64,000 nucleotides of DNA, from the IMG/VR virus record IMGVR_UViG_3300013280_000005, positions 1-64,000 of that record. One strand, written 5' to 3'. Every line of letters starts with the position of its first letter. The first letter of the stretch is position 1. Positions 30,465 through 40,079 of this stretch are shown here, piece after piece. The DNA is from a virus (lineage: Duplodnaviria > Caudoviricetes). The position numbers and the translations under genes are program-made. Under the pieces are notes generated by a model that was given only the letters and a program-made list of their open reading frames with translations, was not told the origin of the DNA and ran no database searches.

Positions 30465-30485
30465 AGATGATCTAAGGAGTATCTT
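30451..30485. terminator. Hairpin between convergent genes (probably a bidirectional terminator)
   Basis: AAGATACTCCTTAGA-gatga-TCTAAGGAGTATCTT, perfect 15-bp stem. Confidence 0.75.
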
Positions 30486-30507
30486 ACTACTACTATCTAT
30501 CTATTGG

Positions 30508-32949
30508 TTACGTTCCTGGGAACGCAGCTCCAGTTGATTGAATGTTGAAATCTAGGATGATAAATTCAGCAGTCTTAGCTGGTTGTAAGAATAGCTGACC
30601 ATACAAAATGTTACGATCTATAATATCTGGAGTATTGTTGGACTCATCCATGATAACTCTAAACGCATATAAACCTTGACGTTGTTGGATTGACTCCAAG
30701 TATGGAGTTACGATATTCAAGAAACGCGTACGAGTTTGAGTTGTGTTCTGCTCAAATACCAAGTAGCGTGTTGCCGAAGCAATGAACTTCTTGATTTCAA
30801 TCAACCCACGACGAACGTTCACACGGTCAAGAGCACTCGGCTTACCTTGCAATGTCTTCTGACCCCACACGCAGACACCACTTCCTGGGAATACCGCGAT
30901 TGGGTTAACTCTAGCTTCATATAGCTCATCCCGCTCTTCCTTCGTTAAGCGAGTCTTTGGCTCTATAACCTCAGTCAATCCGCCGCGTGTTAACCCAGCA
31001 GGTGCCCACCACGGAGCTGATACCTTATCTGTGTATGCCATGACTCCCGGTAACACTACGCTAGGTGGAACCCAAATTGGTTTATTTCTCTCTTGATCAA
31101 GAATCTTAACCCATGGGAAATACGTGGAGACATAATTTGAATCAAACCCTTCAACTGTTGATATTGCAGTTGAGATTGAGTCATCAATTCCAACCGAGTC
31201 CATTACGTAGAAGCAGTCACCACGATCTTCACAAACTTCCTTCGTATATGAAGTAATAGCAGAATGAAGCGAGTGTATAACGCCAGGAACGATGATCATG
31301 TTAATGTCAAATTCATCGGAGTTGGAGATAGTGTCAAGAGCTTTCTTATATGACGTGTAACCACTTGCCGCAGTTGACGAAATATCAAACCCTTGAGTAT
31401 TACCAGCTACAATATGCGTACCAGTCTTCTTTTGAAGATGAGGCTTGTGACCATCAAATCCACCTTGGAACGGCACCATAAACTTACGAGTATCAATAGA
31501 CGTATTTGACGTCAAGTTAATTGAACCACTATATGCCGTCGCAGCAGTTGGATGATTTGCACCCGCTGGTTGGCTATAGTCTCCTAGGTAGAAGTCAGCA
31601 TTACTTCCAGTTGTCTGGAATGATGATGCTGGTAGAGGCTTCAAATAATTGATGTTATCTGTATTGGTAAAATCATACGAGAATCCCCAATATACCCGCT
31701 TATTATATGCTCCACCCGATGTTTGGTTTGATACGTATGATGCTGAAGCTGGTTGTGTATAGCCATCTGGGATAGGTGACTTTGGTGCTCTAAACCCGAA
31801 AGGTACTAGAGTCGCCGATACTGCTCCATTAGCAACTGCGTCCGATACTTCAACACGAATGAACTTTGACTTGTTTGAATAGTTACCGTTAACAACTACT
31901 TTACCTTCACTAGTAATCGTAATGTAATTATCACCGATAACTCTACCTATGAATTTAGGAGAGTTTGGATTTAGATCGCACTTGAATACTTCTACAATGT
32001 TTGGACGCAAGTCGTCATCTTCGGAAGTGAACGGTGTATTGTAAATTTTTGATTGGTCAACATACCGTACAACGACGTCAAAGTCACCATATTCACTTCC
32101 AGCAATAGTTCCGGCAGCGCGAACATTTGCAATACCCACCTTAACTTCATAGTTCGCATGAACACCATGTGACAACGTATGGAACTTAAATAAGTTTGTT
32201 GTTACCGCACCAACCTTCTGCGATGTTACCCATGGAGTTGATGCTTCAAGGTAATCAGTTGAGAAATCCCACTGAGGTGTTGATGCACTACCAGTTTCAA
32301 TAAGGATGGTAGCCGCAGGATCAGCGGCTAGAGATGCCGAAGCAAACTTCTTAAACGCCACATAGTTGTATACTGCATGTGTACCGTATGGATTATAGCC
32401 GTACAAGTCACCAATAAATGCTGAGCTTTCTGGGTTAATGGAAGCTGAGAATGGTGTGCCGTTTTCATTCACAGCATTAGTGAACGAGCTAACGTCAGTC
32501 GTGAACGATCCAGACAGCGTTAGAACGAATGAGCCACTCGCATTGGATGCAAGAATTGTCTTATCAAAAAGAGCAGTCGCATCGTTACTTGTCACCACAT
32601 ATGTTGGGTGTAAGAATGATATTAACCGCCTTCCGAACGATCCAGTAGCAACAACTGCAACTGGATTCTTCAGAGTATAGCCACCAGTACCAAGAACTCG
32701 AACAACAGTTGCACTTCCAGCGTCTGCTAGATAACTCTTTGCTGTGTATGGTAGATATGATTGCTCAAATGTACCACCAAATTTTGTTACAAAGTCACCA
32801 TAACCATTTACTACAGTAGGCACAAACGCTGGTCCTTTTATGGTAGGACCTATCAATGCAGCACCAATTTGACCAACTCCCTGTGCTAGGAACGATTGAT
32901 CTTTCTCATTGGTGAAGACACCAGGGCTTACGATTCTTTCATTTGCCAC
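30508..32949 (-). CDS. Tail sheath protein (T4 gp18-like)
   Basis: SPGVFTNEKD, GPAFVP, WWAPAGLTRG, VWGQKTLQ, DRVNVRR, QPAKTAEFI; GTG start at 32949 after GGAG. Confidence 0.95.
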   Translation of the reverse strand: MANERIVSPGVFTNEKDQSFLAQGVGQIGAALIGPTIKGPAFVPTVVNGYGDFVTKFGGTFEQSYLPYTAKSYLADAGSATVVRVLGTGGYTLKNPVAVVATGSFGRRLISFLHPTYVVTSNDATALFDKTILASNASGSFVLTLSGSFTTDVSSFTNAVNENGTPFSASINPESSAFIGDLYGYNPYGTHAVYNYVAFKKFASASLAADPAATILIETGSASTPQWDFSTDYLEASTPWVTSQKVGAVTTNLFKFHTLSHGVHANYEVKVGIANVRAAGTIAGSEYGDFDVVVRYVDQSKIYNTPFTSEDDDLRPNIVEVFKCDLNPNSPKFIGRVIGDNYITITSEGKVVVNGNYSNKSKFIRVEVSDAVANGAVSATLVPFGFRAPKSPIPDGYTQPASASYVSNQTSGGAYNKRVYWGFSYDFTNTDNINYLKPLPASSFQTTGSNADFYLGDYSQPAGANHPTAATAYSGSINLTSNTSIDTRKFMVPFQGGFDGHKPHLQKKTGTHIVAGNTQGFDISSTAASGYTSYKKALDTISNSDEFDINMIIVPGVIHSLHSAITSYTKEVCEDRGDCFYVMDSVGIDDSISTAISTVEGFDSNYVSTYFPWVKILDQERNKPIWVPPSVVLPGVMAYTDKVSAPWWAPAGLTRGGLTEVIEPKTRLTKEERDELYEARVNPIAVFPGSGVCVWGQKTLQGKPSALDRVNVRRGLIEIKKFIASATRYLVFEQNTTQTRTRFLNIVTPYLESIQQRQGLYAFRVIMDESNNTPDIIDRNILYGQLFLQPAKTAEFIILDFNIQSTGAAFPGT

Positions 32950-32994
32950 TATTATTCTCCAAAAGGTAAACAAGTAGAAGTTTTTTTACTCTAC

Positions 32995-33002
32995 TATAAA
33001 TA
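32995..33002 (-). promoter_or_regulatory. Late-promoter-like motif
   Basis: TATTTATA on the coding strand upstream of the sheath gene. Confidence 0.65.
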
Positions 33003-33023
33003 TGATCTGAATTTTTCAAACGT

Positions 33024-33305
33024 TTACTTAGAAGGGATAAATTTACTAGAGTCTAGGTCAATAACTCCTTCGCCGTATTTCTCACTCATCGCCTTCACCA
33101 GCTCAGCTTCCCGTGTTTGAAGTTCCTGGTATTCATTGATAAGATTCTTCTTAAACTCATGAAGATCGTTTAGACGCTTCTCCATAAGATGGAGTTCAAC
33201 CTCGGTATGACCAAACTTAGAAGTGATTAACGCGTAATCATTTCTAAGGCTTGTAATCATTTCCAAATCTTCTTTTGCAATATCTCTTTCGTCTGCCATA
33301 ACCAC
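33024..33305 (-). CDS. Small coiled-coil hypothetical protein
   Basis: Heptad pattern, ends KYGEGVIDLDSSKFIP; own motif at 33348-33355. Confidence 0.7.
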   Translation of the reverse strand: MVMADERDIAKEDLEMITSLRNDYALITSKFGHTEVELHLMEKRLNDLHEFKKNLINEYQELQTREAELVKAMSEKYGEGVIDLDSSKFIPSK

Positions 33306-33368
33306 TCCGTGATAGGGTTTTTAAAACATGTCGGTTTACACCGTCTCTATAAATATGTCTCAGAAATG

Positions 33369-34352
33369 TCAATCCGTCTCAGACGTGTATACGTCAGGAC
33401 TCGCTGGTAACGATGTATCGTTGAAATCATTCAACTCCCGTTGGTAATCTTTCAAGTCTTGCTCAGCATCAACATTTAACGGTTTGAAAGGTCGATAACG
33501 ATCAACGATACTAGAACCAATATCTCCAAATGCCTCGGATACGAATTGAATCTTATTTGGTGTAACTACTCTCTTAGTCGTAACCTCACCACTTGCTTCC
33601 TTCGGTAGAAGATACGCGTGTATTGTTAGCTGGAACGTAGCTCTGACTAGACGATCTTGTCCAGTCATATTAGTATCTTCAATAGAAACGTTGTCAAGAT
33701 ACGATGGAAACTTAAACCAATTCTTATCACCGAACGACTGTCCACCGAACCAAATAAACTGTTCTATCAACTCATTTAGCTGTGACTGGTATTCTGTCCA
33801 CACAATGAAATCATATATAATGTCAACGTAATCTGGTATTGGTGTTAAGAAGTATTCACGTTGCTTGGAGGTGGAGAACAGTGCAGAGTTCCTGTCATAC
33901 GGTTGCGTTCTGCTGTACTTTTGAGCAGTTACATACGCCATCTGATTAACGGACGATACTTTGTTTTTTCTTAGTTCTTGTTTGATTGCTACCGACGATC
34001 TGCGAAATGTAATCAATGGAGCTATAGACTTACCCTTGGCATCGCGAAGATACCCACGGCTTTGTATTGACGCCCACTTCTCAGCATTAGCATACAATAC
34101 GGGAACATCAACAACTTCATACCCATCACGAATCTTGGGCATTATCGTTGATTCTATAAACGTCTTGATGGCGAAATCAACATCATAGAGCGTCACCGAA
34201 ATTGATCTAACGGTATCCTTATCTCTACGAACTTGAGTGTGCCTAGATTCTCCGAGGTCTATCCTAGGATTCTCAGACGAGTTAGCATCATCAATAAACG
34301 AATCTCGCGTACGACGTAATGGCGGAACTCTGTATTTGCTAGAATTTTTCAT
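33369..34352 (-). CDS. Tail terminator / sheath stabiliser (gp15-like)
   Basis: VPVLYANAEKW, PLITFRR, PDYVDIIYDFIVWT; follows the neck genes. Confidence 0.7.
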   Translation of the reverse strand: MKNSSKYRVPPLRRTRDSFIDDANSSENPRIDLGESRHTQVRRDKDTVRSISVTLYDVDFAIKTFIESTIMPKIRDGYEVVDVPVLYANAEKWASIQSRGYLRDAKGKSIAPLITFRRSSVAIKQELRKNKVSSVNQMAYVTAQKYSRTQPYDRNSALFSTSKQREYFLTPIPDYVDIIYDFIVWTEYQSQLNELIEQFIWFGGQSFGDKNWFKFPSYLDNVSIEDTNMTGQDRLVRATFQLTIHAYLLPKEASGEVTTKRVVTPNKIQFVSEAFGDIGSSIVDRYRPFKPLNVDAEQDLKDYQRELNDFNDTSLPASPDVYTSETD

Positions 34353-34873
34353 ATATTACTCGGTAAATCATTCAAATCTGTGCGTGGAGCTGATCGTATC
34401 TCTTCAATGTGTATATGTGAACGGCGAGTCAAGTGACAGTTAGCAACAATTGACACACTAAGACCCCATCTGTTTTCTGATGTGGCGTAATCTGGATTCT
34501 TACCGCCGAAGTATTGGTTATCTTGTATACTGTCTACTTCCCACCATTCACCATTGAACTCAATTATATCCCCAACTTCAACAAGAACATCATACTCTTT
34601 TAATTGTTCGCGAATAAAAGCGAAGTCACATGTTTGGGTATAATCTTGGCCAAACTCAGTACCTTCAAATGTCCTCTCCATGCGATTAATGAGAGCTGGG
34701 ACAATAACTGGAGTGAAGTATATCTTCTTGTCAGATTCATCGTAGATGTTAGTTTTAGTATCTGATAACGATAGCTTATACACAGCAACGCGAGTATCTA
34801 CGATGTCGGAAACCAACTCGTTCACAACCTTGTAGAGAAAACTCGCATCTCGTTTGCTGTTAAACAAAGGCAT
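34349..34873 (-). CDS. Neck/head-closure protein (gp14-like)
   Basis: NIYDES, EVGDIIEFNGEWWEVD; downstream of the gp13-like gene. Confidence 0.7.
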   Translation of the reverse strand: MPLFNSKRDASFLYKVVNELVSDIVDTRVAVYKLSLSDTKTNIYDESDKKIYFTPVIVPALINRMERTFEGTEFGQDYTQTCDFAFIREQLKEYDVLVEVGDIIEFNGEWWEVDSIQDNQYFGGKNPDYATSENRWGLSVSIVANCHLTRRSHIHIEEIRSAPRTDLNDLPSNI

Positions 34874-34877
34874 ATTG

Positions 34878-36026
34878 TTATCCTATATAAAATTTTAGAG
34901 GACTCTGTGTGAGCACCGCGTTGAGATTTTCAGCCTCAGCTCTCTTCGCTTCAAGCATCTTCTGACGTGTTGTAGATTCTAGTATGAGTTTTAGTTCCTC
35001 AATCAATTGTTGCTTTTCTTGTTGACCAGCCGATATAAGGTCTGCCGAGTTTAAGGTCACCTCTGCATTTGGAATTGGAATGCTCTGGTATTTACCACGT
35101 ATAGCACCTAGCACTTCTTTTGCCGACGCTAATCCATACCGATAAATCCACTGCCTACCCACTGAATTAATATGTTGGTAACTCATCCTATCGTACGGAG
35201 CATTGGAGAAGTCAGACACAGTTCCCGTCGGATTCTTTAATGGGTCAGACCTTTCTTCCTTCACGATGTAATCAATCCACAGTTTGAAGTCTCTAACTGG
35301 AATAGGAAAGATGCGCAAGGTGTTATTATAAATTTCAAATGAATAGTTTGACTTTCTCATCATATCATTAAATTCAATAGCCTGGACGCGAAGTAAGTCA
35401 GCATACATAGGCATTAACATGAATGAGACTCCAGTTGAATATGCTCCAAACCCAAACGTGTCTAATAACGCCTGGTTACCCAACATTGGATCATAGAATC
35501 TCAATGCGGCGGGGGGAGCATAATGATGAACCCTCTTAATCTCAATTGATTGTGATGGCTTATGTACGTCACGAATGAGAGAATTCAAATCGTAAATTTG
35601 ATTACTTGACGTGATATTAATAGATGCCGAATAGAGTGTTATATTACCATTGAGCATTGATTCGTTACCATACTCCATGGCGATCTGAATAACACCACCC
35701 ATGTTTGGGGATATGTTGACATGTGTCAAGTTACTAGAGGTAGTTGATCCTAATAGGTTGATAAGATTCTGCTGAATGTTATATTGGTTTACATAGTTTG
35801 AATACTCGGATACCGCCTCTTCAAAGCAAGCATAGAAGTTGATGTCTTGCATTTCAACATCAACTATAGGATAACCCAATCTAAGAGCAGCCCACTTAGC
35901 AAACTTATCTATGTCTTGCTGAAATTCAGCATCGGTATCATAGAACCCAAATGGAGTACTTCCAGTAGCAAACGAAGAGCTACCAGGCCATATTGGTATC
36001 TGTGAGTATTCTGATTCGGTTGGCAT
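34878..36026 (-). CDS. Neck protein (gp13-like)
   Basis: RLGYPIVDVEM, WIYRYGLASAKEVLGAIRGKY, VTLN. Confidence 0.85.
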   Translation of the reverse strand: MPTESEYSQIPIWPGSSSFATGSTPFGFYDTDAEFQQDIDKFAKWAALRLGYPIVDVEMQDINFYACFEEAVSEYSNYVNQYNIQQNLINLLGSTTSSNLTHVNISPNMGGVIQIAMEYGNESMLNGNITLYSASINITSSNQIYDLNSLIRDVHKPSQSIEIKRVHHYAPPAALRFYDPMLGNQALLDTFGFGAYSTGVSFMLMPMYADLLRVQAIEFNDMMRKSNYSFEIYNNTLRIFPIPVRDFKLWIDYIVKEERSDPLKNPTGTVSDFSNAPYDRMSYQHINSVGRQWIYRYGLASAKEVLGAIRGKYQSIPIPNAEVTLNSADLISAGQQEKQQLIEELKLILESTTRQKMLEAKRAEAENLNAVLTQSPLKFYIG

Positions 36027-36036
36027 TACTACTTTC

Positions 36037-36780
36037 TCACTTATCTAGATTTTGAAAAAACGTTAATATGTCATCAACGATAGGATGTCTATGATTTGTC
36101 TTTAACTCATATATGTTAAGACCTTTTATCTGGTTTGCCATCTGTAAGAGATGGGGGAATCCACTCTGCTTCTTACCACCCACGAGATCAGTCTGTGATC
36201 TATCTCCACAGATCATCATCTTTGAGTTTACACCTAGACGAGACATAACCATCTCCATCTGCGATCGTGTTATGTTTTGCGCTTCATCTACGATGACGCA
36301 CGAGTTTAAAAATGTTCTACCTCGCATGAATGATATAGGCGCAATCTCAATTTTATTCTCAGATATGTACTTATCGATTTTGGCTTTTCCGGATAATATG
36401 TGCATGTTAGAATAGATTGGTACAACCCACGGGTCCATCTTCTCTTTTATGTCTCCAGGTAAGAATCCTATTTCTTCATCTGAAACGGTTGGTCTAGTTA
36501 TGATTATCTTATCAACTTCTTTATAGTACAAGTATTCTAGTGCTATCTGAGTTGCCAACAGTGTCTTACCAGAGCCAGCCTTTCCTGTTAATACCGAGAT
36601 TGTATCTCGTAAAATTTTTGACTTTATTTCCTTCTGCTCTTCATTGAGTGATACGTTAAATTCTACCTTGGTCTTTATGTGCTTTCTACCTCTCTTAATT
36701 CCATGTACTTCCAAACCATCTACTTCTGCCTCAGCACTGTTGATGTTGTCATTATCGTCAACATCTATCACCTTATTCAT
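36037..36780 (-). CDS. phoH: PhoH-like ATPase
   Basis: GKAGSGKT, ITRP, IGFLPG, FMRGRTF, VDEAQN, GDRSQTD, HRHPIV. Confidence 0.93.
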   Translation of the reverse strand: MNKVIDVDDNDNINSAEAEVDGLEVHGIKRGRKHIKTKVEFNVSLNEEQKEIKSKILRDTISVLTGKAGSGKTLLATQIALEYLYYKEVDKIIITRPTVSDEEIGFLPGDIKEKMDPWVVPIYSNMHILSGKAKIDKYISENKIEIAPISFMRGRTFLNSCVIVDEAQNITRSQMEMVMSRLGVNSKMMICGDRSQTDLVGGKKQSGFPHLLQMANQIKGLNIYELKTNHRHPIVDDILTFFQNLDK

Positions 36781-36788
36781 ATACACTC

Positions 36789-37379
36789 CTACAGTAATTT
36801 TGAAAGTGTCTCTCCTAGAACGCGACCATCATCCATTGACTCTTTATACATGGTTTCAAGATTTCGAGCTTTGTGTGTCCATTCAAAACCCACCATACCC
36901 AAAAACTCATTGTTCTTTTTGATTGGAAATACAATAGCAGACCTAGTACCTCGTTGCACAAAAAATGCCTTTGTAAGTATATCGTCAACATCGTCAACCA
37001 CTGGATACAGTGAGTTGTATTCTACAACTGAAGTTACGAAATTTGTATATAATGTCATCGGTAAGTTTTGGTGATTCTTAAACTCAGTGCTAACGCCTTC
37101 CTCTAATGCCTCATATGTCGTTGACATCTTGTTCATTGACTTACCCGTGCCAAATTTTCCACCGTTATGTCGTTGAATTATGAAAGCTCTCTGTGCACCG
37201 AACTCTTCTAACTTTTGCTCAAGTATTGTCTGAACAAGTTGTTGTTGCTTTAACTCTCTAGTAGTGGTATTAGTCTTATACTCACCGTACTTACGTTTTA
37301 GCCACCAAGACAAGATAACACCAACAATGGTTATCACGCTTGAAACGAATAATTTAATATATTCCATGTACAATTCCAT
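36789..37379 (-). CDS. TM + GAF-like domain protein; possible T4-T-like holin
   Basis: One N-terminal TM helix, then RAFIIQRHNGG...SAIVFPIKKNNEFLGMVGFEW GAF-like pattern. Confidence 0.55.
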   Translation of the reverse strand: MELYMEYIKLFVSSVITIVGVILSWWLKRKYGEYKTNTTTRELKQQQLVQTILEQKLEEFGAQRAFIIQRHNGGKFGTGKSMNKMSTTYEALEEGVSTEFKNHQNLPMTLYTNFVTSVVEYNSLYPVVDDVDDILTKAFFVQRGTRSAIVFPIKKNNEFLGMVGFEWTHKARNLETMYKESMDDGRVLGETLSKLL

Positions 37380-37407
37380 CTACCTATAAGTATGTTTCAT
37401 GAATACA

Positions 37408-37442
37408 AACGGGGGTAGAAGTTTATCACAACTACCCCCGTT
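37408..37442 (-). terminator. Probable terminator
   Basis: AACGGGGGTAG...CTACCCCCGTT inverted repeat. Confidence 0.7.
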
Positions 37443-37498
37443 CTACCTACAAAAAATCAATCCTCAACTTGTATCCTTAACCTATATGATTATATACA

Positions 37499-38260
37499 TT
37501 ATGCTTCTAAAATATCCATGACAGCTTCTCGTAAGAATGCGAGAACTTCTCCACTCTTCACGGCAGTCAATACTCCTTCAAAGGACGCTAATCCGACATT
37601 AGCAGCTTCTAGACCAGCTTTTATCTCACCAATAGCGACTCCACCAGATTGAATAGCCAACATCAACACTATAACAATGTGGACTAGATGTACTATCTTC
37701 TTTTGCTTGTCTGACGGCATCTTCTTAAACCCAGGAATGAGCATCATGCCCTTCTGTATCAACTTAAGTACCATCTCGTGCATTTCGTGCCCGAAGTGCT
37801 GAATCTTTTCGCCCATCTCTTTCTTACCGCCGAGCTTACGTTCTATAACAGATACTAGTTTCCCTATCAATGTTACAACGGCTGGTAACGCCATCAAGAT
37901 TGATGTTATACCTAAAATTGAGAAAATTTCTTCATTGAGTTTCTCACGCTCTTGGAGTGAAATCTTACCATCCTTCAATCTACTCTTTATTGATACTGAC
38001 TCCTTAGCTAGCTTCTCAAGCTCTGGATTGTCATCAATAACTTGTTGAACCTCATCCTCATCCTTCAGTTTAGTCTCAGTGTCTTTTGCAATCTTGTTCA
38101 TTTCCGATGCAAAGGATTTACCAGCATCTTCCAATGCCTTCTCCAACTCAGCCTCAATCTGAGGATTAGGTGCTGGGGCGTCATCCTCTGCTTCGCGGAT
38201 CATACGCTGAACCTCTTCCTTTATCAACTTCTGCAAGTATCTTCTATTTGCAATATTCAT
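37499..38260 (-). CDS. Hypothetical protein with LIKEE/MIREAE leader and two hydrophobic helices
   Basis: ORF after the capsid gene, own promoter-like motif at 38310-38317. Confidence 0.7.
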   Translation of the reverse strand: MNIANRRYLQKLIKEEVQRMIREAEDDAPAPNPQIEAELEKALEDAGKSFASEMNKIAKDTETKLKDEDEVQQVIDDNPELEKLAKESVSIKSRLKDGKISLQEREKLNEEIFSILGITSILMALPAVVTLIGKLVSVIERKLGGKKEMGEKIQHFGHEMHEMVLKLIQKGMMLIPGFKKMPSDKQKKIVHLVHIVIVLMLAIQSGGVAIGEIKAGLEAANVGLASFEGVLTAVKSGEVLAFLREAVMDILEA

Positions 38261-38331
38261 TCATCACTCCGCGATAAACATTAGTGTAGATGGTTAATAA
38301 CTTCATACAGATAAATATGTCTTCAAACTAC

Positions 38332-38368
38332 AAAAAGAAGTGGGTGGTGAAATAATATCACCACCCAC
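38332..38368 (-). terminator. Terminator after the major capsid gene
   Basis: GTGGGTGGTGA-aataata-TCACCACCCAC then TTCTTTTT on the minus strand. Confidence 0.8.
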
Positions 38369-38391
38369 ATATTAGCTAGCTAACGAAAGGC

Positions 38392-40038
38392 TTATATATC
38401 ACCCAAACCTTCGATTTGGATGAGTCCGTAAAACTCTGGACGAACAATCTTCTTAGCGTAACGAGTCATTACACCCTTACGTGGCGTGAAGTTTGTTGGA
38501 TCGTAGATCAACGGAGTCATTACAAGAGGGATATATGGAGCATACACAGCACCAGTTTCTAAGAACTGTGAGCCGCGATAACCCATCAATACTTGGTTCT
38601 CAAGCATGTACGGATTCTTATATACTGTGATTCGGCCATTGATTTGACCAGCCTTCTGAACACCCATTGCGAATTTAGCACCTTCACCATCAACGTTGTA
38701 TCCAGGAATTGATTCTAGGATAGTTGCTACTTGTGGGGAGCATACTAAGAAGTTTGCACCACCGCGAAGTGTCTTCTGGTGAATGATGTTAGAAACTTTC
38801 TGAATCTTCGTTCCGATGGTTTGGAACCATGTTTGCTGATTGTATGCAGAAGCCTGAGCTTGTGCGGAACTCATATCAGCAAATTGCGACGTGTTTGCAT
38901 CATACATACGACCAACCCGTGCAGACCAACGCTCAGTTGTTTGAGCATTCTTAATCAACATGTCAATGATTTCAAGATCAATTTCTTGCGAAATGTATTC
39001 CGAAAGCATAGATGTCAATTCAGCCTCAGCATCAATTGAGTGGTATGCATTCAAGTCTTGCGCGTATTCTGGAGTCCAAACTGCCTTCAACTTACGTGTC
39101 TTAGCAGTTATCGGCTCAGAACGCATTTCAAAATTAATCTCTGGGATACCAATGTCAGCACCAGATGTATCTTCAAAGTCACCACGTGAAATTGAAGCAG
39201 GCTGCTTGTGATAGGTTACCGTGGCTTGACCAGGTACACCCGAAGCAGATACTACGAACGTGATTTGATTCCCATTGTTGTTTACGGAAGTATACTGTGG
39301 GAAATAATCAATAATGTTAGTACCAGAAATCTTGTATGCACGAGCACCTTCAATGTCAGGATTTGACATGGATGCAGTGGATACAGTAACTGTGTAGATG
39401 TTTCCTGCCGCGAGAGAAGCTGAATATGCAGCTTGGAACTCAGTATCGTGCTGGAAGATACTCGTTGCAGTGTAGCTTACTGAACCAGTAACATATTGTG
39501 TTGCGGATGGCGTTGTCACTGAGCCAGTAACACTAAGTGTTGATGTCACAGCGTCATTGATGCTATAGCCAAAGCGACCAGCACCATAGAGACCACCGGA
39601 AGGATCGGCATTACGAGCTTGCGCACCAGTAACACCAAACACACTGTCCGCCTGTGAATCCTTACCAGCTCCAGTCGTAAATCCTGGCTGTGCAGTACCG
39701 TACTTGAAGTCAAGATAGAATACTAGACCCGAAGGTAGGTTCATAGGTTGAACGCTAACAAAGTCCTTAGCTGCAATTTCTGCAAACACACGACGAACGA
39801 GTGGGAGAGCAACGCCATTCCACTCTTCAGAGCCAGCAGCGGTACCAGTCCGCGAAGACTCTTCAATAAGTTGCTTTGCTTGATTTTCAAGCAACACGGC
39901 CATGTTTATCTTCTCATGACCAGTAAGACCCTCTAGCAATCCAGACTTAGACCACTTGGTAAGAACACGCTTGTTCTCAACCATAAGGTTTCTGCGACCA
40001 GAGGTATCTTGCAAAAATTTATTAATTCCATTACTCAT
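38392..40038 (-). CDS. Major capsid protein (T4 gp23-like)
   Basis: LLENQ, LPLVRR, VSVQPM, AKTRKLKAVWTPEYAQDLNAYH, YAPYIPL, GVMTRY. Confidence 0.96.
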   Translation of the reverse strand: MSNGINKFLQDTSGRRNLMVENKRVLTKWSKSGLLEGLTGHEKINMAVLLENQAKQLIEESSRTGTAAGSEEWNGVALPLVRRVFAEIAAKDFVSVQPMNLPSGLVFYLDFKYGTAQPGFTTGAGKDSQADSVFGVTGAQARNADPSGGLYGAGRFGYSINDAVTSTLSVTGSVTTPSATQYVTGSVSYTATSIFQHDTEFQAAYSASLAAGNIYTVTVSTASMSNPDIEGARAYKISGTNIIDYFPQYTSVNNNGNQITFVVSASGVPGQATVTYHKQPASISRGDFEDTSGADIGIPEINFEMRSEPITAKTRKLKAVWTPEYAQDLNAYHSIDAEAELTSMLSEYISQEIDLEIIDMLIKNAQTTERWSARVGRMYDANTSQFADMSSAQAQASAYNQQTWFQTIGTKIQKVSNIIHQKTLRGGANFLVCSPQVATILESIPGYNVDGEGAKFAMGVQKAGQINGRITVYKNPYMLENQVLMGYRGSQFLETGAVYAPYIPLVMTPLIYDPTNFTPRKGVMTRYAKKIVRPEFYGLIQIEGLGDI

Positions 40039-40079
40039 TAATTATCTCCAATTTAATTTGGTTCTGTGAAAATTACCGA

